Shown here: positions 1 to 9,441 of the stretch, in pieces | Layout of the letters: every line of letters begins with the position of its first letter | How positions within the stretch are numbered: the stretch's first letter is position 1 | Assembly: GCA_046725875.1 (NCBI GenBank) | Contig: JBKOZJ010000099.1 | Coordinates: forward strand, 1-37,537 | Length of the DNA stretch: 37,537 nt | From: Actinomycetota bacterium | GTDB taxonomy: Bacteria > Actinomycetota > Actinomycetes > JAKEEW01 | Direction: 5' to 3' | Program-made: the position numbers and the translations under genes | The notes under the pieces: model-generated | What the model was told of the DNA's origin: nothing | Databases searched by the model: none | What the model saw: only the letters and a program-made list of their open reading frames with translations

Positions 1-336
1 CTCCTCGGCCTTGCGATGCATCCACCTGACCACGAATCTACGCACCGAATTTCTGGCTCGGCCCACTCCGCCGGGATGCCCTCAGTTCTGGATATTGGTA
101 ACGGTTCGGTCACAGAAGGCCTCCCTACCAACCGACACGGCGAACGGCGGCGAATCGAGTCCGGCGGAGGCGAACGCCCCGCCGACCGCATCGGGCGGGC
201 AGGTGCGAGGCGCCGGCACCGTCCCGCCCGGCGCGGTGATCACGGATCGGCCTGGTCACCGAGGTCGAGGATCTGCCGTGCAAATCAGCGGCTTCGAGGC
301 TTGGTCCGTGCGCGAATCGCCTGGAAGGGGGCACTC

Positions 337-895
337 GTGACCCCCCGTAAGCTCATCCGCCCGCGCTCGCATGCCGCGGCCGGGCTCGCTCTGGCCGCGG
401 CGGCCATGATCGCGGCAGCCGCGCTTCCCGCTCTGCAACCGGGCCCCGGCAGCGCGACAGCACCGGCAGCCGCCTACTGCGGGTCGACGCTGGGGTCGTC
501 GCACTCGCAGCCGTCGGGGGGCTCAGCGCCATCGCGATCCGCCAGCAGGACCGGTGGTCGCCAGGGCGCCCGCCCGGGGCCGAATCGCTCGCCGTGACCA
601 TCGAGCCCGCCGGTGGTTCTCCCGCGCGTACCTCCGACCCCGTACTCCTCGTCACCCTTCCGGCGTGACCTCCCCGTCAGAGGTCTCGGCCGCTTTGTCG
701 AGCCGGTCCATGACCATGATCATCCCGGTTGCCTCATCGTTGCCCGCCAGCGGCGATACCGTGACCCTTATGGTCAGCGCTCGACCACGGCGCCTCTACG
801 CCGCCGGCGGACGCGACCACGACGACGATGTCCACGCCCGCCTTGGTGATCCACAGTCAGCCCTTGCCCCGGCGAGACCCTCGGAAGCAGGGTGA
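337..895 (+). pseudogene. Possible frameshifted membrane/secreted protein gene (pieces in several frames)
   Basis: GTG at 337 follows GGAAGGGGG. The hydrophobic N-terminus (AAAGLALAAAAMIAAAALPAL) stops at 597, but GC3-rich protein-like text continues in a second frame (LLRVDAGVVALAAVGGLSAIAIRQQ...PVLLVTL) and a third (SGVTSPSEVSAALSS...TVTLMVSA). Confidence 0.3.
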
Positions 896-930
896 CGTGC
901 GGGCGGCACTAGATGGGGCCTTGGCGGCGT

Positions 931-1674
931 TCATGGCAACGAGCCATCGCTTCCGACCCGAGGCAATAGACACCAGACAACCTTGCCTCCGTCGACGGTG
1001 GGGAGAACACCCCAGTCGGCGGAGAGCCGCTCCAAGGTGGAGAGCCCGGTCGGACGACTTATCCGAGGCACCCCGCGGCGGATCCGAGGCAGTTGCGGGG
1101 AGCTGTCCTTGACCGAGATGCGCAGTCCGCGGTTTGACAGCGTCCCCCGCACCTCGACCGTACTCGAATTCGTGTGCTGGACAACGTTGCCGACGAGCTC
1201 GGTCACCGCGATCGCTGCGTCGGGGGAAAGCTCGTCTATCTGCCATTCACAGCATATCCGCTCCACGAACCGGCGAGCCGCTCGGCACGCGAACGGACCA
1301 GCCGCGACCGCGGCGGAATCGACGCGAACGGCGGGCCGCCGGTCAAGATGTCGGGCAGCATCAGCAACGGACGGATAGACGGGCAGCCGTTCTGCGACCC
1401 GCAACCGCATCAAGCGGTCAAGGAGATCGCCGTCATGTGCGACCAGAAGGATCGACGTCTCCGGCCACGACTGGGCCATGTCCGCCATCAGCAGAAGGAC
1501 GCTGAGACCGGTGCCGACCGGGGTGATGTCACCCAGATCGCAGATGATTCCGGGCGGTTGATCGGCGAGCGCCTTCCCCATGGATTCGCGCAGACGGACG
1601 GCGCCAGTCGGGTCTAGCTGGCCGACTGGCGTCAGCACAATGGACCTGTCACCAATGGTGCGGTTTACGATCAT
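931..1674 (-). CDS. STAS (anti-anti-sigma) + RsbW-like HATPase_c_2 (anti-sigma) fusion protein
   Basis: N-half is STAS-like (VLTPVGQLD, IICDLGDI). C-half has ARRFV...AAIAVTELVGNVVQH (N-box), LRISVKD and WGV...GGKVVW, typical of RsbW-like proteins. GGAGG at 1686-1690. Confidence 0.8.
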   Translation of the reverse strand: MIVNRTIGDRSIVLTPVGQLDPTGAVRLRESMGKALADQPPGIICDLGDITPVGTGLSVLLLMADMAQSWPETSILLVAHDGDLLDRLMRLRVAERLPVYPSVADAARHLDRRPAVRVDSAAVAAGPFACRAARRFVERICCEWQIDELSPDAAIAVTELVGNVVQHTNSSTVEVRGTLSNRGLRISVKDSSPQLPRIRRGVPRISRPTGLSTLERLSADWGVLPTVDGGKVVWCLLPRVGSDGSLP

Positions 1675-1836
1675 GAGCCATGCCGCCTCCGATGCTAACT
1701 CAGCGACCTACCCATTTAGCTGTGAAAGCACCCGGACCGGGCATCAAATTCGCGGGGGACGGGCGGCGAATTATCGGAGTACGCTCAACGGGCACTGTTG
1801 GGACCAGCTGTGCAGAGCCCGAGCTGCGAGGCCACC

Positions 1837-2179
1837 ATGAGCGCGGACCAGGTCCTCCACGAGAGCCACACTTGCCGGATTCTTGAAGACCAGTAATCCG
1901 CGCGGTCTGAAGCTCTATGGCAGCATCGACATCGCCGCCCGGTCGGTACTGGAACACAACCTCAAAGCCGCGCTCCGCGAAGACGGCGACCTCTATGTCG
2001 ATCTGTCCGAACTCGAGTTCATCGACGTCGGAGGAATGCGTGCTCTCCTGGACGCCGCGGCCTACCTTCGGGTCGATGGATGGTGGCTCTACCTAGTCAG
2101 CCCGACCCTGACCGTCCTCCGGATCATCAGGATCTGCCAGGACACGGCCGCGAACAACATCACCGTTGTCCCTGCCTAA
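1837..2179 (+). CDS. STAS-domain anti-anti-sigma-like protein, apparent +1 frameshift near 1881-1884
   Basis: ORF 1883-2179 has GLKLYGSID and VDLSELEFIDVGGMRALL. An upstream ATG (1837, after GAGG) gives MSADQVLHESHTCRIL, which joins naturally to KTSNPRG only with a 1-nt shift. Confidence 0.7.
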
Positions 2180-2228
2180 CTCCGGCGACCATCTGCCCGA
2201 ACAGAAGGGTGGGGGCTAGCGTCCCTCG

Positions 2229-4709
2229 CTAACGACGCGGTTGCCGCTCGCGCTCCGACTCGCCGGGCGCGACGGGTACGTCCTCACCCGGCTCGTGCTG
2301 TTGCGGGACCTCACCGTCCTTCGGCACCTCGCGAGCCGCTGGAGTTGGTCCGCCATCCGGTGCGGTGCCGGCCGCGACCGGGATTTCTGGCGCCTCCGCA
2401 CTGACCGCCACGCTGCGGCGCTTCGAGAACCAGATCGCCCCGATGATCACCAGGAGCGCGATCGCCGTTACCACTGCCCGTACGGTATCGCTCTTGTCGT
2501 CGCCCACGCTGTACTGGACGATCGCGGTGACGATCAGCAGCGAGACCAGGTTCATGACCTTGATCAGCGGGTTGATTGCGGGGCCGGCGGTGTCCTTGAA
2601 CGGGTCGCCCACCGTGTCGCCGATTACGGTCGCCGCGTGGGCCTCGGACCCCTTGCCGCCGTAGTTGCCGTCTTCGACGAGCTTTTTTGCGTTGTCCCAG
2701 GCTCCGCCGGAATTCGCGAGGAAGACCGCCATCAGCGTGCCGGTGGCGATCGCGCCAACCAGATAGGAGCCGAGCGCCCCAACGCCGAGCCCGAACCCGA
2801 CTGCGATCGGCGCCATTACGGCCAGCAGGCCGGGGGTGATCAGCTCACGGAGCGAGTCCTTCGTGCATATGTCCACGACCCGGCCATACTCCGGACGTCC
2901 CGTGCCTTCCCAGATTCCGGGGATCTCCTTGAATTGGCGGCGCACTTCGAAGACGACCGCGCCGGCCGCCCTCGACACCGCGTTGATCGCCAGCCCGGAG
3001 AAGAGGAACACGACCGCGGCCCCGACGAGCACCGCCACCAGGTTCTTCGGGTCGGCCACGTTAAGGATGCCGTTGTACTGGAGGAGGTTGGCGACAGTGT
3101 TGTCACCCTCCCCCACCGTGCCCACGTCCCCGACCGCCTCTCTAATCGACCCAGTGAACGAGCCGAACAGCGCTGTGGCAGCCAGCACCGCGGTAGCGAT
3201 CGCGATGCCTTTTGTGATCGCCTTGGTCGTATTGCCGATCGCATCGAGCTTGGTCAGTACGGTGGCGCCCTCGCCGTGGACATCCCCGGACATCTCGGCG
3301 ATGCCCTGGGCGTTGTCGGAGACCGGGCCAAAGGTGTCCATCGAGACGATCACGCCGACGGTGGTGAGCAAGCCCGTGCCGGCCAGCGCGACGCAGAAGA
3401 GCGAGAGGATCGCGATGCCGCCGCCGAGGAGGTAGGCACCGAAGACGCCCGCACCGATCAGCAGGGCCGCGTAGACGGCCGACTCGAGGCCGACCGACAC
3501 ACCGGAGAGGATCACTGTGGCGGGGCCGGTGAGCGACGTTTTGGCGATGTCCTTGACCGGCCGCCGGTTCGTCTCCGTGAAGTAGCCGGTGAGCTGCATG
3601 ATCGCGGCCGCGAGGACGATGCCGATGAGTACGGACAGGACTGCGATCAGGCGGGGGTCGCCGTCCGAGGTGACAATTTCCTGGTTGGTCAGGCCCTCGA
3701 ACTCGGCGAACGAGTCGGGCAGATATGCGTACGCCGCGATGGCGACCAGAACCGCCGAGATCACCGCCGAGATGAAGAACCCGCGGTTGATCGCCGTCAT
3801 CCCGGACCGATCGCCCGGCCTGGGTGAGACGCTATAAATACCGATCACCGCGGTGAGCACGCCGATGGCCGGGACGAGTAGCGGGAAGACGAGGCCCTCG
3901 GTGCCAAAGGCAAGCTTGCCGAGGATCAGCGCCGCGACGAGCGTGACGGCATACGACTCGAAGAGGTCGGCGGCCATTCCTGCGCAGTCGCCAACGTTGT
4001 CCCCCACGTTGTCCGCGATTACCGCCGCGTTCCGCGGATCGTCTTCTGGAATGTTCTTCTCCACCTTGCCGACCAGGTCGGCGCCCACGTCGGCGGCCTT
4101 TGTGAAGATGCCGCCGCCGACCCGCATGAACATCGCCAGCATGGCCGCGCCGAAGCCGAAGCCCTCGAGGACCTTCGGCGCGTTCTCCTTGTAGATCAGG
4201 ACGACGAGCGCGGCACCGAACAGACCGAGGCCGACCGTGAACATCCCGGCCACACCGCCGGTCCGGAACGCGATCCGCGTCGCGGGCTGCGTCCCAGCCT
4301 CCTGTGCGGCGGCGGTGACCCGGACGTTGCTGCGTACGGCGAGCGACATGCCCACATAGCCGGTCAGCGCGGAGAACAGCGCCCCGACCAGGAAGAAGAT
4401 CGACCGCCCCACCCGCTCGCTCGTACTGTCCGCTGGCAGCAGGAAGAGCAGAAAGAACACGCCCGCCGCGAAGACACCGAGCGTCCGGAACTGGCGGGTG
4501 AGGTAGGCGGCCGCACCCTCCTGAATCGCCGCGGAGATCCGCTGCATGTTCGCGGTGCCTTCGCCGGCCGCGAGCACCTCGCGGACGAGGAGCACCGCCA
4601 CGAGCAGGGCGGCCAGCGCGACCGCAGCAACGACATAGAGGTAGGTCAGGTTGCTGCCGGTTAGCGATATCGACGCGCCGACCTGCGCGGTGAGGTGGGC
4701 CCCGGACAT
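2229..4709 (-). CDS. hppA: Membrane-bound pyrophosphatase, K+-independent (H+-pumping) type
   Basis: Motifs GGGIFTKAADVGADLVGKVEKNIPEDDPRN, DNVGDNVGD and GDTVGDPFKDT. GNTTKA (Lys) marks K+ independence. Many TM segments. RBS AAGGAGG before the ATG. Confidence 0.96.
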   Translation of the reverse strand: MSGAHLTAQVGASISLTGSNLTYLYVVAAVALAALLVAVLLVREVLAAGEGTANMQRISAAIQEGAAAYLTRQFRTLGVFAAGVFFLLFLLPADSTSERVGRSIFFLVGALFSALTGYVGMSLAVRSNVRVTAAAQEAGTQPATRIAFRTGGVAGMFTVGLGLFGAALVVLIYKENAPKVLEGFGFGAAMLAMFMRVGGGIFTKAADVGADLVGKVEKNIPEDDPRNAAVIADNVGDNVGDCAGMAADLFESYAVTLVAALILGKLAFGTEGLVFPLLVPAIGVLTAVIGIYSVSPRPGDRSGMTAINRGFFISAVISAVLVAIAAYAYLPDSFAEFEGLTNQEIVTSDGDPRLIAVLSVLIGIVLAAAIMQLTGYFTETNRRPVKDIAKTSLTGPATVILSGVSVGLESAVYAALLIGAGVFGAYLLGGGIAILSLFCVALAGTGLLTTVGVIVSMDTFGPVSDNAQGIAEMSGDVHGEGATVLTKLDAIGNTTKAITKGIAIATAVLAATALFGSFTGSIREAVGDVGTVGEGDNTVANLLQYNGILNVADPKNLVAVLVGAAVVFLFSGLAINAVSRAAGAVVFEVRRQFKEIPGIWEGTGRPEYGRVVDICTKDSLRELITPGLLAVMAPIAVGFGLGVGALGSYLVGAIATGTLMAVFLANSGGAWDNAKKLVEDGNYGGKGSEAHAATVIGDTVGDPFKDTAGPAINPLIKVMNLVSLLIVTAIVQYSVGDDKSDTVRAVVTAIALLVIIGAIWFSKRRSVAVSAEAPEIPVAAGTAPDGGPTPAAREVPKDGEVPQQHEPGEDVPVAPGESERERQPRR

Positions 4710-4930
4710 CCGTCCTCCTTGACGATGGGCAAGAGACCTGCCCCCAAGGTGGCCATCCGAACACGTCGGGCGACCACCCGGATCACGGGGGCTGCACTAA
4801 CGATCGCTGCGGCCCCACCGGCGCACGACGGTCAGGCCGCTGCTGGTGGGCTCCACCCCCGGCTCGCGGCCCTGCTAGTCGCCTGACAGCGCCCAAGTTG
4901 GCCGCAAACAGGGGTAGGCGTCGGAGTCTA
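4710..4930 (-). promoter_or_regulatory. hppA promoter (-10 TAGACT at 4925-4930) and ~210-nt structured 5' leader
   Basis: Sigma-A/HrdB-like -10 on the minus strand. Successive hairpins (GGGGCCGCA..TGCAGCCCC; GGTGGTC..GGCCACC; GGGCAG..TTGCCC) lie before the RBS. Confidence 0.5.
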
Positions 4931-4983
4931 CGCAGGGTGACAGACGGTAGCCAAGCTGGCGGTGCCCCGCGGACCGGATCGCC

Positions 4984-5418
4984 CTATCCCGTCACCGGGC
5001 TGGACCGGGGCAGCGGCGGCCGGACACCTGTTCGCAGACGTCCGGTCGCCGGCCAGCTCATCGTGATCTCGGACCCACCGTCCAGCTTTTCGATCTCGAG
5101 GTCGTCGACGAGCCCGGTGAGCACAGCGAGCCGGATCTCGGTCTCGACGGGTTCTTGGTCTGGAGGTTCGGGCAAGCGGTCCCTGACCGACACGATGAAC
5201 CGGCCGGGTGCGTCGGCGAATACCACGGACACCGGCACCTTGGGTGCAGCTTGCGCGTGGAGTTCGACCGCGCGGGAGCAGGCCTCGCCGACTGCAAGCC
5301 GCACCTCGTCGAGCACCGCCTCGTCGACCCCGCATTGCCGGGCGACCGCCGATGCCACCAGCCGGGCGGTACGGACATGCGCCGGCAGCGGGGTGAATTC
5401 GATCTCTACGGTCTCCAT
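4984..5418 (-). CDS. apgA: RsbW-like anti-sigma factor partner of BldG (ApgA/SCO3548-like)
   Basis: LPAHVRTARLVASAVAR...LDEVRLAVGEACSRAV. Lies directly downstream of bldG, as in Streptomyces. Confidence 0.8.
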   Translation of the reverse strand: METVEIEFTPLPAHVRTARLVASAVARQCGVDEAVLDEVRLAVGEACSRAVELHAQAAPKVPVSVVFADAPGRFIVSVRDRLPEPPDQEPVETEIRLAVLTGLVDDLEIEKLDGGSEITMSWPATGRLRTGVRPPLPRSSPVTG

Positions 5419-5427
5419 CGCGCCAGG

Positions 5428-5769
5428 TCAGTCGTCCGCCTCGACGGCCTCCTCGACAGTGCTATGGATCGGGAAGACCTTGGTCAAACCGGTGATCCTG
5501 AAGATCTTGAGAATACGCTCCTGTGTGCATACCAGCCGCAGCGATCCGTCGTGTGCCCGTACTCGCTTGAGCCCTCCGACCAGGACGCCAAGGCCGGTGG
5601 AGTCGAGGAACTCGACGCCCTCCATGTCCACGATGAGGTGGTAATTGCCGGCGGTGACGAGGTCCACCAGGCGCTCCCGGAGCTTGGGTGCGGTGTAGAC
5701 GTCAATCTCGCCCCCGATCTCGACGATGGTCCGGTCCCCTTGAGTGCGGGTGGACAGTGTCAGATCCAC
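5428..5769 (-). CDS. bldG: Anti-sigma factor antagonist BldG
   Basis: 113 aa STAS protein: [33 protein letters not shown] with the phosphoacceptor Ser, [23 protein letters not shown]. Divergent from the helicase. Confidence 0.93.
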   Translation of the reverse strand: MDLTLSTRTQGDRTIVEIGGEIDVYTAPKLRERLVDLVTAGNYHLIVDMEGVEFLDSTGLGVLVGGLKRVRAHDGSLRLVCTQERILKIFRITGLTKVFPIHSTVEEAVEADD

Positions 5770-6054
5770 GAATCCTCCATGCTTCGAGCGTCAGCCAGAC
5801 CCCATGGCATCGACCATATGCGCCGAGGCGACACGGCGGTGTGGCTGGTGCGGCGCCGGGTGGGCGACCGCCCCAGCGATTCAATCACCTAATGCCGTCG
5901 AAGGCAGACATCCCACGAAATCCTCGCTTCAGTTCCTGCGAGTCCGACCCGGGTCGAGACATCCCGGCTCCGTTCCAAAATGTTCTTGAGCGGACCGACA
6001 ACCGCGAAACCTGTCCGGCGTCCCAGTCAGGCGTGGCTGCGAGACTGGGTCGTT

Positions 6055-8433
6055 GTGATGCCCGCCTCGGCGACTCGTGCCACTAGCGCGACGACCATCC
6101 TCGATCGCCTGCTCCTGCCTTCGGGCCGCCGCGAGCGGGTGACGCACGTGGAGCACGTTCCGGCCCGGCCGGAGGTGCTGGCCGACTGGCCTAGCTGGTC
6201 ACATCCGCGCTTGGTGGACCGACTGGGCGCGATCGGCATCGAGCACCCCTGGACGCACCAGGTCAGCGCCGCCGAGCACGCTTGGGCAGGCCGTTCGGTC
6301 GTCCTGTCCGCAGGCACGTCGGCCGGCAAGTCCCTGGCCTACCTCTTGCCGGCACTCTCGGCGATCCTCGCCGCGCCGCGCGCCGCCGCAACCCCGACGG
6401 TGCTCTATGTCGCACCCACCAAGGCCCTCGCTGCAGATCAGTGGCGAGCCATCCGCGAACTCGACCTAGAAGGTCATGGCGTCCGGGCGGCCACCCTCGA
6501 CGGAGATACCACCCCGGAGGGTCGGGACTGGATCAAATCGCACGCCGGCTACGTCCTCACCAACCCCGACATGCTGCACCGGACGATTTTGCCGGGGCAC
6601 CAGCGTTGGGCGCGCCTCTTTCGCTCACTGGCCTTCGTCGTGATCGACGAGTGCCATGTCTACCGCGGAGTCTTCGGCTCGCACGTGGCGCAGGTGCTGC
6701 GCCGGTTGCGCCGGGTCGCTGCTCGGTACGGCGCCGCGCCGGTCTTCGTCCTCGCCTCCGCCACCGTCGCCGAGCCCAGCGTGTCCGCGAGCAAGCTGAC
6801 CGGGCTGCCCGTGGCGGCGGTCGCCGATGACGGTTCCCCGCGCGGCGAAACCGCCTTCGTCCTCTGGGAGCCGCCATTGACGAGGCTGTCCGGTGAGCAC
6901 GGCGCCCCGATCCGGCGCTCCGTGGTAGCCGAATCGGCCGACCTGCTCGCGGATCTCGTGGCGGACGGCGTCCGTACCGTCGCCTTCCATCGTTCCCGCC
7001 GCGGCGCCGAGATCGCCGCCCTGCTTGCCAAGCAGGCGCTCGCGCCGGTCGACCCAGACTTGGTCAACCGAGTCGCCGCCTATCGCGCGGGCTACCTCGC
7101 CGAGGAGCGGCGCGAGCTTGAACGCGCACTGCACCAGGGCGAGCTGCTGGGTCTCGCCGCCACCAGCGCCCTCGAGCTGGGGGTGGACGTGTCCGGGCTG
7201 GATGCCGTGGTTCTCGGCGGCTACCCGGGCACCCGCGCCTCGATGTGGCAGCAGGCCGGGCGGGCAGGCCGCGGCGGCCGGGACGCCCTCGCGGTCCTCG
7301 TCGCCCGGGACGACCCCCTGGACACCTACCTCGTTCATCATCCGGAGGCACTGTTCGGTGCGCCGGTCGAGGCGACCGTGCTCGACCCCGACAACCCTTA
7401 CGTCGTGGCGCCGCACCTTTGCGCTGCCGCGTGCGAGCTGCCGCTGACCGAGGCCGACCTGGAGCATTTCGGTCCGGCGGCACCGGGCCTCGTGCCCGAC
7501 CTCGAGGCCCGTGGCCTGCTGCGCCGCCGGGCGGTGGGGTGGTTCTGGACCCGGGCCGAGCGGGCGAGCGACTTGGCCGACATACGCGGAGCCGGTGCCC
7601 GACCGGTCGAGGTCGTGGAGAGCACGACCGGGCGCCTGCTCGGCACGGTCGACGCGGGCGCCGCCCACGCCACTGTTCACGACGGCGCGGTCTACCTGCA
7701 TCAGGGTGAGACATATGTCGTGGAGCGGCTGGATCTGGCCGAGGCGACCGCATTTGTGACGCCTGCCATGCCCGACTACACCACCACGGCTCGCGACATC
7801 ACCGATATCAGGGTGCTCGCGACCGAGCGCACCGAGGCGTGGCGTGCCGCTGGGCTGTGCTTCGGCACGGTCGAGGTGACCAATCAGGTCGTCTCCTACC
7901 TCCGCAAGCGGGTGATCTCGGGTGAGGTGCTCGGCGAGGAGCCGCTCGATTTGCCGCCACGCCACCTTCGGACCCGGGCCGTCTGGTGGACCTTGAGCCA
8001 GGCCCAGGTGGGGTCGCTCGACATCGAGTGGCCCGACCTTGGCGGCTGCTTGCACGCGGCAGAGCACGCGTCCATCGGCCTGCTGCCGCTCTTCGCGACC
8101 TGCGACCGGTGGGACATCGGCGGGGTGTCCACGGCGTTGCATGAGGACACCGCGCTGCCCACGGTCTTCGTGTACGACGGACAGCCGGGCGGGGCCGGTT
8201 TCGCAGAACGCGGTTTCGGTCGGGCCCGCGACTGGCTGTCCGCCACCCGCGAAGCCATCGCCGCCTGCGAGTGCGCCAGCGGCTGTCCGGCATGTGTGCA
8301 GAGTCCGAAATGCGGCAACGGCAACACGCCGCTCGACAAAGCCGGTGCCATCCGCGTGCTCGACGTCCTGCTCGCCGGCGCCCCCGCCTTATGCCCAGTA
8401 CGGGGATCAGAATCGGACAATTCGGTCCAATGA
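6055..8433 (+). CDS. DEAD/DEAH-box helicase with DUF1998 Zn domain (SftH/MrfA/Hrq1 family, Rv3649-like)
   Basis: Motifs AGTSAGKS, DECH, SAT, ALELGVD, QQAGRAGR and C-terminal CECASGCPACVQSPKC. Start uncertain (5980, 6055 or 6058). Confidence 0.92.
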   Translation: MMPASATRATSATTILDRLLLPSGRRERVTHVEHVPARPEVLADWPSWSHPRLVDRLGAIGIEHPWTHQVSAAEHAWAGRSVVLSAGTSAGKSLAYLLPALSAILAAPRAAATPTVLYVAPTKALAADQWRAIRELDLEGHGVRAATLDGDTTPEGRDWIKSHAGYVLTNPDMLHRTILPGHQRWARLFRSLAFVVIDECHVYRGVFGSHVAQVLRRLRRVAARYGAAPVFVLASATVAEPSVSASKLTGLPVAAVADDGSPRGETAFVLWEPPLTRLSGEHGAPIRRSVVAESADLLADLVADGVRTVAFHRSRRGAEIAALLAKQALAPVDPDLVNRVAAYRAGYLAEERRELERALHQGELLGLAATSALELGVDVSGLDAVVLGGYPGTRASMWQQAGRAGRGGRDALAVLVARDDPLDTYLVHHPEALFGAPVEATVLDPDNPYVVAPHLCAAACELPLTEADLEHFGPAAPGLVPDLEARGLLRRRAVGWFWTRAERASDLADIRGAGARPVEVVESTTGRLLGTVDAGAAHATVHDGAVYLHQGETYVVERLDLAEATAFVTPAMPDYTTTARDITDIRVLATERTEAWRAAGLCFGTVEVTNQVVSYLRKRVISGEVLGEEPLDLPPRHLRTRAVWWTLSQAQVGSLDIEWPDLGGCLHAAEHASIGLLPLFATCDRWDIGGVSTALHEDTALPTVFVYDGQPGGAGFAERGFGRARDWLSATREAIAACECASGCPACVQSPKCGNGNTPLDKAGAIRVLDVLLAGAPALCPVRGSESDNSVQ

Positions 8434-8629
8434 TCACGGTTACCTGGCGCCAAGCAGCGGGCACAGGGCGCACTGTGGCGGGGGGCCGAACCGCTCCGGG
8501 TTCTGTTGGCCGTCGGGCACCTCGGTTTTCTGACCTGCGACTCTCGTGTCGGCTCAGGCTGACAGGGTAGGTTTCTCGACGATCACATTTGTCGGCCCCC
8601 TGCGGAGCCGGCTGGCGTAGGAGGTCGTC

Positions 8630-9247
8630 ATGATTGTGATCGCGATCCTGCTGCTCGCTGCCATTGCGATCGTCACCGCCGGCGTGATTGCTGGATCCGA
8701 ACAGGACGCCGTCTTCGACGTGTTCGGCGAGACCGTTCACGCGTCCGGCTGGGAGATTTTCGCGCTCGGCGCCGCCTGCGGTTTCGCGCTGCCGATCGCA
8801 ATTTGGCTACTCCGCGTCAGTACCCGGCGGGCTCGGTTGCGCCATCGCGAGCAGCGCGAACTCCGTGCTGCTCATGAGAGGCAGCGCGTCGAGCTGGAGC
8901 AGCAGCGCCAGGAACTTGAAGAGGAGCGCGAGAAACGCCGCAACGGCGGCCTGGTCCGGCCGTACGTCGGCAGTGGCGCCCCGGGCGACCAATCAGCGGA
9001 CACTGGTCCCGGCGGCGGCCCGACGTCCAGCCCCGTCGGCGATCGCACGGGCGAAGGCCCGGCCGCCGAGCGCCCCGTGAGTCCGTCAGATGCGGACCGG
9101 CCTAGTGGCGAGCGCGAGCCGCCGACCGCACGGTTCGACGTACAACGGCCCGGCGTCCGCCCGTACGGCACGACGAGCAGCGGGCTCGGCCCGCCGCCGG
9201 CAGACAGCGGGGGCTTCGGAGCCTTCGACCGTCCGCCCGGCTCATAG
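8630..9247 (+). CDS. Hypothetical membrane protein (2 TM, coiled coil, Pro/Gly-rich tail)
   Basis: AGGAGG RBS, two hydrophobic segments, then an E/R/Q-rich helix (REQRELRAAHERQRVELEQQRQELEEEREKRR). Confidence 0.8.
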   Translation: MIVIAILLLAAIAIVTAGVIAGSEQDAVFDVFGETVHASGWEIFALGAACGFALPIAIWLLRVSTRRARLRHREQRELRAAHERQRVELEQQRQELEEEREKRRNGGLVRPYVGSGAPGDQSADTGPGGGPTSSPVGDRTGEGPAAERPVSPSDADRPSGEREPPTARFDVQRPGVRPYGTTSSGLGPPPADSGGFGAFDRPPGS

Positions 9248-9441
9248 CGCAGATCGTCGATCTAGTCCACTGAGCACCACACCGGCGCTGTGGACAGGCG
9301 CACCGGCACACTTCACTCGTCCAATCGGCGAGGTACGAGGCTATTCACCAAGGCATTTCCCGATCTCTACACTGACGACCAACGGCCGAGGGTGTCCCGA
9401 AGGCAGGTACTGGACGGTCCGACGCGGGGGAGGGGCACCTG

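Noticed and set aside
2241..3827. 528-aa + strand ORF
   Set aside because: Antisense shadow of hppA caused by GC3 bias, with no motifs.
6625..8142. 505-aa minus-strand ORF
   Set aside because: Antisense shadow of the helicase.
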